Positions 27,170 through 35,155 of a stretch of 46,784 bases of DNA are shown in pieces (the stretch's first letter is position 1; each line of letters starts with the position of its first letter). The notes beneath the pieces are model-generated. The model ran no database searches. It was not told the origin of the DNA and was given only the letters and a program-made list of their open reading frames with translations. The DNA is from Candidatus Kerfeldbacteria bacterium CG08_land_8_20_14_0_20_40_16 (lineage in GTDB: Bacteria > Patescibacteriota > Patescibacteriia > UM-FILTER-42-10). A program made the position numbers and the translations under genes. The stretch is taken from NCBI GenBank assembly GCA_002774635.1, contig PEXU01000056.1, forward strand, positions 1-46,784. The letters are read 5' to 3'.

Positions 27170-27868
27170 ATGCAACAATTTCATTTCTATAAGGAAGAAA
27201 ATCCTAGTAAAGGTATAGAGATAAAACTAAGTATGTATCAGGATATCAAAGATATCTTTTTTGAGCGTAAGGCCAAAAAACAAAAAACGGATCATGTTTT
27301 TAAAGTTGACCCATTTGAGCGAGCGCCTAAAAAGATTATAAATCGAATAGCAGAATCAGGTAAAGGTATGGGTAGGGATTTTGGTTCTATATTTAAGAAA
27401 AACAATATTGGAAACGAGGAGTTAAATTCACTCGTAAATGAAGAGAAAAACAGGTCAGGCAATATTTTATTTCTTTCCCCTTTTCAATATAATGGACGTG
27501 ACGATCAAACTGGAATATTTTCGGTGACAACGAAAGGTATCGCTTATATCCTTTGCGATCAAACAAGCGTACCTAATCTTGAGATAGCTGGTTTGTTCGG
27601 GGCAGCCATAAAAGGTCTTATTCAACAAAAAAACCTTAATAAGCAGCAAATTTTAATTATTAATAATATTGAAAAGTATTCATTGTCATTAACTGCAAGA
27701 AGCTATCACGAGGGGGCATTTATTCCATTTATGAATATTAATAAGGTTATTTGTAGTTTAAATAAAAAACTGCTTTATATTCAATTTGGCGACAAATATC
27801 AAAAATATTTTATGTTTAATCAAGATGACATAGCAAAGATCCACAATGTATTACGGAAATATAAATAA
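27170..27868 (+). CDS. Hypothetical protein
   Basis: 232-aa ORF in an AT-rich islet; no recognised motif. Confidence 0.6.
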   Translation: MQQFHFYKEENPSKGIEIKLSMYQDIKDIFFERKAKKQKTDHVFKVDPFERAPKKIINRIAESGKGMGRDFGSIFKKNNIGNEELNSLVNEEKNRSGNILFLSPFQYNGRDDQTGIFSVTTKGIAYILCDQTSVPNLEIAGLFGAAIKGLIQQKNLNKQQILIINNIEKYSLSLTARSYHEGAFIPFMNINKVICSLNKKLLYIQFGDKYQKYFMFNQDDIAKIHNVLRKYK

Positions 27869-27888
27869 ATTGGTATATTTTTTAACTT

Positions 27889-28182
27889 TTGCTACTTAAG
27901 GTAAGATTAATTATTAATGGATTACACATGACTAAAGTTTGCGGCCGCGTATATCAATTAGCTAAAGGTGGGTGGAGATTTGGTGGGGAAATACTAACAT
28001 CAGGAACTGAAAATACTAAATATAATGAGTTTGCGTCTCCCGAAAAATACGACACCAAAGAAAGTGCAGAGACTGCGATGATCTCCTATTGTGCAATAAA
28101 TGGATATCAACTGATCGAGCATAAGCAAGAATCTAGTTTGCCGACAGAGAAAAACTTGAAATCGTCAAAAGGTGCGCCCTAG
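27889..28182 (+). CDS. Hypothetical protein (start possibly 27928)
   Basis: ORF ends inside the tRNA-end repeat. Confidence 0.5.
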   Translation: MLLKVRLIINGLHMTKVCGRVYQLAKGGWRFGGEILTSGTENTKYNEFASPEKYDTKESAETAMISYCAINGYQLIEHKQESSLPTEKNLKSSKGAP

Positions 28183-28281
28183 GCGGTGCCATCCTACGCT
28201 AAAGCTTCGGATGGCAAGCCAAAAGAATTCGCCCGAAAGGGCGGTTTTCTTTTTTCTAAACCTTTCTGCTAGAATACAACC

Positions 28282-29316
28282 ATGATTATTCTCGGAATCG
28301 AAACATCCTGTGATGAAACCGCCGCCGCGATTGTTCAGAATAAAAGCGAGCGCTTTGAGATACTTTCCAGCGTTGTTTCTTCGCAAGTGGATATCCATGC
28401 CAAAACCGGCGGCATTGTTCCAGAAGTAGCCGCCCGGGAGCATATTAAGAATATACTGCCGATTATTGACCAAGCGCTTAAAAAAGCAAGTATGGATTAT
28501 CACAAAATTGACGCGATTGCAGTTACTGCCGGACCCGGTCTAATTACTTCTCTGCTAGTAGGAGCAGAAACCGCTAAAGTTCTTTCCTATACCTGGAATA
28601 AACCGTTAACTGCCATAAATCACTTAGCGGCTCATATTTATGCTAACTTTATTTCCGCCAGCTGGCGGACCAAAATTCAATTCCCCCTACTAGCTTTAGT
28701 GGTATCAGGAGGACACACTGAGCTGGTTTTAATGAAGAAGCATCTGGATTACCAAGTGATCGGTCAAACCAGAGATGATGCGGCTGGAGAAGCTTTTGAT
28801 AAAGTGGCCAAGCTTTTGAATCTTGGTTACCCGGGCGGCCCGATTATTTCTAAATTAGCAAAGGATGGGGATCGTAAGGCGGTTGATCTGCCTCGGCCGA
28901 TGATTAAAGAAAATAATTTTGACTTTAGTTTTGCCGGTTTAAAAACCGCTGCTCTATATAAAATTCAATCTGGCAAATACAACTTAAAAGATAAAAAAAC
29001 AATTGCTGATTTTTGCGCTTCTTTTGAGCAAGCAGCGATTGATGTTTTAGTAGAAAAAACAATCAAAGCGGCCAAAAAATATAATGTAAAATCAGTCTTA
29101 CTTTCTGGAGGAGTGGCCGCTAACGAACTGCTTAGGGAATCTTTAAAGACAAAGATTAAAAAAGAACTTCCTTTCTCCCACCTCTCACTCCCCACTCCTA
29201 AACTTTGTACTGACAATGCCACCATGATTGCGGCAATAGGATATTATTATGCTGTAAAAAAGGGTTTCACTCCATGGCAAAAAATAGAAGTAGATCCTAT
29301 CTGGCAGCTTGGTTAA
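28282..29316 (+). CDS. tsaD: tRNA N6-threonylcarbamoyltransferase TsaD
   Basis: ILGIETSCDET, GGIVPEVAAREH, GPGL, NHL.AH, VSGGHT, DDAAGEAFDK, GGVAAN, TDNA.MIA. Confidence 0.98.
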   Translation: MIILGIETSCDETAAAIVQNKSERFEILSSVVSSQVDIHAKTGGIVPEVAAREHIKNILPIIDQALKKASMDYHKIDAIAVTAGPGLITSLLVGAETAKVLSYTWNKPLTAINHLAAHIYANFISASWRTKIQFPLLALVVSGGHTELVLMKKHLDYQVIGQTRDDAAGEAFDKVAKLLNLGYPGGPIISKLAKDGDRKAVDLPRPMIKENNFDFSFAGLKTAALYKIQSGKYNLKDKKTIADFCASFEQAAIDVLVEKTIKAAKKYNVKSVLLSGGVAANELLRESLKTKIKKELPFSHLSLPTPKLCTDNATMIAAIGYYYAVKKGFTPWQKIEVDPIWQLG

Positions 29317-29453
29317 TCCCTCTCCTTTCTAAGGAGAGGTTAGGCCAGCCCTGAGCGTAGCCGAAGGGTGAGGTTTTTAATAAATAAAATAAGGCTATCC
29401 GTATTGAAACAGATAGCCCGTTTTAATAAATGAACAAATTGGAGAACCGGTTG

Positions 29454-30428
29454 CTACGCGAAGAGCTGGGTGTCAGACTGTTTGATTTGCCAGTTAGTAA
29501 AGTCTACTGGTGTAGTCTGCTTCCCATCTTGCCAGTTCCAGAATCCGGAACCAGTTGCCACGCCGTGCTTCTTACTCTTGAACATCCGCGCCAGAATGGA
29601 GGGTGGGTACAGTCGCGGATCTTGCGTAGCAATATACATTGCCATTGCCACCCGATACATGGTCGGTATGCTAATCTGATCGCACAGCTGGAAAATTCCT
29701 TGCGGATGTCCCAGACTGACTTTCAGTCCTTTATCCCCATTCGGCACGTCAATTTCTCCCCGTTCCAAAGCCCGCATTGCCTCGAGCGCCATTGGCACGA
29801 AGATTTTGTTGACCCAGAATCCGGAAACGTTGGTTACTTCAAAGGGAAATTTGCCCAGCTTTTCTTCGATGACCCTTGCGCTCAACTTGAATACTTCAGG
29901 ATCAACTTCGGTGGTCCAGACCATTTCCACACCCTTCATGATGTGAACCGGGTTCATGAAATGGGTGCCAACCAAGTGCTCTTCGATGCCGGCGGGACGA
30001 CCCATTTCCAGCACATTCAGGCTGGAGGTGTTGGTCCAGAAAATGCAGCTCGTCGGAACCTCGCCTACAATAGAGTCAAAAAGCTCCTGTTTGGCTTTCA
30101 TGTCTTCGAAGATTGCTTCAAAGACAATCTGGAAATCGGGCTCCACGAGGTTCTTCTCAAGCGAATCAAGAACCGTCAGTCTTTTGATTGCCTCATCTGC
30201 GAATCCACAGGGGTGAACCCGTTGCTTATCGGCATCTTTCCGTTTCTGCTCAATCCACTGGAGCGTTTTTAGAGTCCGTCCCTTCAGACTTTCTCTGACC
30301 GCAGAGACTTGATCGTAGGCGAATACATTCAATCCGCCTTCCAAAAATTGGGCAATGGCATCTCCGCCCATTTTGCCTGCACCGACCACCAATATGCCGG
30401 TAACTTGTTCCAACGTAAACATTGGCAA
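29454..30428 (-). CDS. 3-hydroxyacyl-CoA dehydrogenase family protein
   Basis: VVGAGKMG, EAIFE...K, NTSSL, GTHFMNP, G.HPQG.F.L.D, G.GF. Confidence 0.9.
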   Translation of the reverse strand: MPMFTLEQVTGILVVGAGKMGGDAIAQFLEGGLNVFAYDQVSAVRESLKGRTLKTLQWIEQKRKDADKQRVHPCGFADEAIKRLTVLDSLEKNLVEPDFQIVFEAIFEDMKAKQELFDSIVGEVPTSCIFWTNTSSLNVLEMGRPAGIEEHLVGTHFMNPVHIMKGVEMVWTTEVDPEVFKLSARVIEEKLGKFPFEVTNVSGFWVNKIFVPMALEAMRALERGEIDVPNGDKGLKVSLGHPQGIFQLCDQISIPTMYRVAMAMYIATQDPRLYPPSILARMFKSKKHGVATGSGFWNWQDGKQTTPVDFTNWQIKQSDTQLFA

Positions 30429-30616
30429 CTCCTTCCTTTGAGGGTTTAAGATTTCTACAATTACTTGTGAAATGGAACATTAGCTTCTCTAAAAAACCGA
30501 AAGTGTTTTTTTAACGTACGAGTATTAGGTACAAGTTAATTACTTTACCAAAACCCATATTAATCGTCAACCTTATTATCTTAATAAAGATGACGTTATA
30601 CCATTTTTAAGCTAAA

Positions 30617-33586
30617 ATGACCTATATGAAAGAGTTGCCAAAAACTTACAATCCAAAACTGGTGGAGGATAAAATTTACCAGCTCTGGGAGAATTCGGAC
30701 TACTTTAATCCTGACGACCTGCCCGCCGTAGCTCGGAGAGCAAAGGCGGGGCTTCCAGAAAAAAGAATTAAAACTTTTTCGATTAGCCTTCCTCCTCCCA
30801 ATGTCACCGGCAAGCTGCATATCGGGCATTCCGCCATGCTGGCTTATCAGGATATTATGATTCGCTTTCACCGCATGCAGGGCGATAAAACACTTTGGCT
30901 TCCGGGCATGGACCATGCCGCTATTGCCACCCAGAATGCTGTGGAAAGAGAGCTAAAAAAAGAAGGTAAGACTCGCCATGATTTAGGGAGGGAAAAATTT
31001 TTGGCAAAGGTTAATGACTTTGTGGCAAAATCAAAGGACACTATCAGAAAACAGCTGAAAGCTATGGGTGCTTCTTTAGACTGGTCTCGAGAAAAATTCA
31101 CCTTAGGCGAAGATCTTTCTAGATCGGTTCGAGTAGCATTTAAAAGAATGTACGATGACAGGCTTATTTACCGTGGCGACCGAGTAGTAAACTGGTGTCC
31201 GCACTGCCAATCTACCCTGGCGGATGACGAAGTGGAGTACCAAGAAGAAAAAGGAAAGTTGTACTATATCAAATATGGTCCTGTTACTATCGCCACCACC
31301 CGGCCAGAAACAAAACTGGGCGATACAGGTTTGGCAGTACATCCTGATGATAAGCGTTATCAGAAATTAATCGGAAAAAAACTGGATGTTGACTTGGCTG
31401 GACACAAAATCAAAGTAAAAGTTTTTGGGGATAGGGCCGTAAATATGGAATTCGGAACCGGTGCTATTGGCGTAACCCCAGCCCATAGTCTGCAAGATTA
31501 TCAATGGGCCCAAAAGCATGACTTAGAAATTATTAAAGTAATTGACGAGCAAGGAAAAATGACCAAAGCCGCCGGCAAATATGCTGGCCTGGATGTTTTA
31601 ACCGCTCGCAAAAGATTTAGTGATGATTTAGAAAAAGCGGGACAAATAGAAAAGATTGAAGATTATACCAACAATCTTTCCCTCTGCTACCGTTGTAATA
31701 CACCAATTGAACCCCTGCCTTCTAAGCAATGGTTTGTGGATGTTAATAAAAAAACTTCTCACGGTAAATCATTGAAACAGTTAGCCAGCGAGGCAGTAAG
31801 AAGCGACCAGATTAAGATAATTCCCGAAAGATTTACTAAAACCTATTTTCAGTGGATGGATAATCTAAGAGATTGGTGCATTTCTCGCCAAATTTGGTAT
31901 GGGCACCAGATTCCGGTTTGGTATTGTGGAAACGAACAGAAAAAAATGGGCTTTCATGAAAAAGTGGTTCCTCAATTATATCAAGGTAAAACAAAAACAT
32001 ACCGCTTACGGGATCATGGTTTTAGTGTTGGCGATCGGGTTGCTTTTGAAAATAGTCAATCAGAAAAAATATTTGGATATGGCGTTATTAAAAATATCGA
32101 GGAAACCACCGTTGGCCAAATCGATTTACAAGACAAAGCTCACAGGTCAACCTATGATACGGTTGAGGAATTGATTGCAGCATTTAAAAAACATCACCCT
32201 GATCGAAAAATAACTCCTAAAACCAAGGCAATTATTTATACCTATAAATTTTCCCTTGATAAACCCAACAAAAACGGCTGTGGGGAAATTATTGTTTCTG
32301 TTAATAAACCCAACAAATGTCCTAACTGCAAAAACTCAACTCTTTCCCAAGATCCGGATACTTTGGATACTTGGTTTTCTTCCAGCCTTTGGACTTTTAG
32401 CACCTTGGGGTGGCCAAAAAAGACCGATGATTTAAAAAATTACCACCCCACTTCCGTTATGGAAACCGGCTACGACATCCTATTCTTCTGGATAGCCAGA
32501 ATGATTATCATGTCCACTTACCTATTAGGAGAAAAACCGTTTGACTATGTTTATTTGCACGGCCTGGTAAGAACAAAAGAAGGTAAAAAAATGAGTAAAT
32601 CGGATCCGGAAACTTCGGTTGATCCTTTGGATATGATTGAACGGTTCGGAGCAGATGCCTTAAGGCTTTCTATGATTATTGGAACCAGCGCCGGAAATGA
32701 CGTGAGAATCTATAAAGAAAAAATTGAAGGCTACCGCAATTTTGTAAACAAACTTTGGAACATTAGCCGCTTTATTCTTTCTGCTGTAAAAAATCCTGCT
32801 TATCCTAAAACAGCGCCTAGGGTTAAAACCTTAAGTGATCAATGGATTTTGGAGGAATTGGAAAAAACTATTGAGATTGTCACAAAAAAAATAGCTGGTT
32901 TTGAATTTTCCCAGGCTGGAGAACAGTTAAGATATTTTACTTGGGATCAGCTGGCCGATTGGTATTTAGAAATCGCCAAAATTGAAAAAAATAAAGATGA
33001 TATCCTTCTGTGGGTTTTAAAAAGAATTCTAATCTTATGGCATCCGTTTGTTCCTTTTGTTACCGAGGAAATCTGGCAGACCGCTTTTGCTGAAGAGAAT
33101 AAGTTGTTAATGGTTGAGCCCTGGCCAGAAGTTCAAAAAGACCAAACCAAAGCTGGTCAGGATTTTAAAAAGATCCAAAACGTAATCATAGCTTTAAGAA
33201 ATTTCCGAGCAGAATACAATATTCCGCCTGCTACCATAATTTCAATTTCAGCTAAAAAGAATCCTCTAATCGAGAAAGAGAAGAAAATCATCGCTAAACT
33301 GGCTCGAGTAAAATTTTCTGCTGTTAAAAAAGGAATTCGTCTGACAATTGGCCAGCTCGATTTTACTATTCCACTGGGAAATTTAATTGATATTGAAAAG
33401 GAAAGAAAGAGAACTGGATTGGAATTACAGACAAAAAAGAGGTATTATGAATCACTAAACAAAAAACTCACCAATAGATACTTTCTCCAAAAAGCTCCTC
33501 GAGAAATAGTTGATCGCGAAAAAACAAAAAAGAAGGAATTGGAAGAAATAATCAAGAAACTTACAAAAAAGCTCAAGTATTTATAA
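30617..33586 (+). CDS. valS: Valine--tRNA ligase with inserted ASCH-like domain
   Basis: PPPNVTGKLHIGH, DHAAIATQ, DWCISRQIWYGH, DTWFSS, KMSKS. Confidence 0.97.
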   Translation: MTYMKELPKTYNPKLVEDKIYQLWENSDYFNPDDLPAVARRAKAGLPEKRIKTFSISLPPPNVTGKLHIGHSAMLAYQDIMIRFHRMQGDKTLWLPGMDHAAIATQNAVERELKKEGKTRHDLGREKFLAKVNDFVAKSKDTIRKQLKAMGASLDWSREKFTLGEDLSRSVRVAFKRMYDDRLIYRGDRVVNWCPHCQSTLADDEVEYQEEKGKLYYIKYGPVTIATTRPETKLGDTGLAVHPDDKRYQKLIGKKLDVDLAGHKIKVKVFGDRAVNMEFGTGAIGVTPAHSLQDYQWAQKHDLEIIKVIDEQGKMTKAAGKYAGLDVLTARKRFSDDLEKAGQIEKIEDYTNNLSLCYRCNTPIEPLPSKQWFVDVNKKTSHGKSLKQLASEAVRSDQIKIIPERFTKTYFQWMDNLRDWCISRQIWYGHQIPVWYCGNEQKKMGFHEKVVPQLYQGKTKTYRLRDHGFSVGDRVAFENSQSEKIFGYGVIKNIEETTVGQIDLQDKAHRSTYDTVEELIAAFKKHHPDRKITPKTKAIIYTYKFSLDKPNKNGCGEIIVSVNKPNKCPNCKNSTLSQDPDTLDTWFSSSLWTFSTLGWPKKTDDLKNYHPTSVMETGYDILFFWIARMIIMSTYLLGEKPFDYVYLHGLVRTKEGKKMSKSDPETSVDPLDMIERFGADALRLSMIIGTSAGNDVRIYKEKIEGYRNFVNKLWNISRFILSAVKNPAYPKTAPRVKTLSDQWILEELEKTIEIVTKKIAGFEFSQAGEQLRYFTWDQLADWYLEIAKIEKNKDDILLWVLKRILILWHPFVPFVTEEIWQTAFAEENKLLMVEPWPEVQKDQTKAGQDFKKIQNVIIALRNFRAEYNIPPATIISISAKKNPLIEKEKKIIAKLARVKFSAVKKGIRLTIGQLDFTIPLGNLIDIEKERKRTGLELQTKKRYYESLNKKLTNRYFLQKAPREIVDREKTKKKELEEIIKKLTKKLKYL

Positions 33587-33611
33587 CTACCTAATTACCT
33601 AAAGATAATTT

Positions 33612-34130
33612 ATGGTAAGAGAATTTTTAAGTCGAGGCGCAAACTACACCGGAGCCTTAGTGGAACGCGAGATGCTAGGAGAATTAAGAAAAGGAATAGA
33701 AAAGGAACAGTATCAGCCCTATAATGAGGCCCTGGATTTTGTTCGAGAAAATCAGCCTTTTGACCCCAGTGATCCGGATCCCCGTTTTGCTAATGATCTT
33801 CACGCCACTATTGCTGACGCCCTAAGATTAAAAGATTATAAACATCTAGAATTTTATACAGCGGTTGGTTCTAATCTTGACCAGTTTCACGGAGTAGACG
33901 CTTTTATTGAATGGCATACCGATCCAGAGAATAATCCAAAGGCAGTGCAGCGGGTTACTTTAGATATCACAATTAACCCTCAAAAAGGCGAAAGCTATAA
34001 GGCGGATGTACTGATCTATGTACCAAGTGAAGGACTAGATCCTAAGGAAGATAGAGAAGAATTTGCGGAATTAGTCAATAATACAGCTGAAGAAATTTTG
34101 GAAAAATTGAGTCATCAGTCCAAGACTTGA
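33612..34130 (+). CDS. Hypothetical protein
   Basis: 172-aa acidic ORF directly after valS; LD..HGVDAF..VTLD.T pattern. Confidence 0.75.
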   Translation: MVREFLSRGANYTGALVEREMLGELRKGIEKEQYQPYNEALDFVRENQPFDPSDPDPRFANDLHATIADALRLKDYKHLEFYTAVGSNLDQFHGVDAFIEWHTDPENNPKAVQRVTLDITINPQKGESYKADVLIYVPSEGLDPKEDREEFAELVNNTAEEILEKLSHQSKT

Positions 34131-34205
34131 CACATTTTTTTTTAAACTGTAATATGCTAAGTCACTAAGTCATTATAATAAACGGCATACACGTTAGGAG
34201 GTTCT

Positions 34206-34517
34206 ATGACCAACGATGACAACTCTCAGGAAATCAAGAAATCGTTCTTTGGCCAAGTCAAAAAAATAGAAGCAACGGGTGGCCACACACCTGATTTAGG
34301 AAGGTTACAAAAACCGTTAGAAGGCCCTGATTCTGTTGTTCGATTATTCTGTACCGGCTGCGGTACTTACGTCGAGCTTACTCAACGTGGCGCAGAAATT
34401 ATGGTTCGTCCAACCAATGTTTCTCTCCCGGCATCTTTGGAAGGAAACTATCTGAAAACAGCCAGCTGCAGCGCTTGCGATGGGGATGATCCTACGGTTA
34501 CCATAGAAATCATTTGA
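34206..34517 (+). CDS. Hypothetical protein with two CxxC motifs (possible Zn-binding)
   Basis: SD AGGAGG; CTGC and CSAC; upstream TTGACA and a downstream terminator. Confidence 0.75.
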   Translation: MTNDDNSQEIKKSFFGQVKKIEATGGHTPDLGRLQKPLEGPDSVVRLFCTGCGTYVELTQRGAEIMVRPTNVSLPASLEGNYLKTASCSACDGDDPTVTIEII

Positions 34518-34607
34518 TCTTCTTTCGCTTCTATCCTCGCGGGTTCCTATCGATCAGGGCCCGTTTTTTTATTTTAATAATAGAACGAAATAGACACCTT
34601 AGCTAAT

Positions 34608-35056
34608 AAAAAATGGCGTTGTTGTGGTGAACGCCATGTCGCTAAGGTGCATATTCATTAATAACACTCAACCTTATGTCTCGGTCGAATCCCGCCTGCC
34701 TTGCCGGTAGGCAGGCGTAGGCGGGACTTATTTTTGTACTGGGAACCCAATAGTTTCCCAACATTTCTGTCAGTTCCCCCATTAGGTACAAAAATAAATG
34801 TTGTCCGTTTGTCACTCCGCGCGGGCCCAAGGTCAAGGACTTACACCCGTACCCGCTTTGCGCTAGACCTTTATCCCTCTGTCTCTATCACACATTCAAG
34901 AGGTGCTCAACCCAAATGGTCTAGATCAGCCCGGCAACTAATACGCCAGGCCTCAGTTTCCGGTCCCATACCTTCACCGAAGGTATGGGAATGAGTCCCG
35001 GCGTTTAGTCTTTAGACTAAACGATTATCTTTGTGTTTCTTAATTCTTAAGGATCT
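34608..35056 (-). ncRNA. Candidate large structured non-coding RNA (~450 nt)
   Basis: Minus-strand TTGACT-N16-TATAAT (35090-35063), many nested stems, terminator 34636-34608, no credible ORF. Confidence 0.6.
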
Positions 35057-35155
35057 TCCTTAATTATATAAATAACGGAAAGGAAGTCAAGTTTTTGCTC
35101 ATAATTAAAATTCCAGAATTACTCTGGGATCGCTATTTTATTTCAACGAGTTCGT

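Larger units (their letters stand above)
26927..28191. mobile_element. tRNA-Glu-anchored islet bounded by a 15-bp duplication of the tRNA 3' end
   Basis: CCCTAGGCGGTGCCA at 26912-26926 and 28177-28191; AT-rich interior. Confidence 0.65.

Noticed and set aside
29430-30272. 280-aa plus-strand ORF
   Set aside because: Antisense shadow of the well-supported dehydrogenase; no recognisable motifs.
34608-35056. RNase P RNA, tmRNA or SRP RNA assignment
   Set aside because: Diagnostic motifs were not found. GGATTCGAC occurs near the 3' end, not in a tmRNA 5' context.
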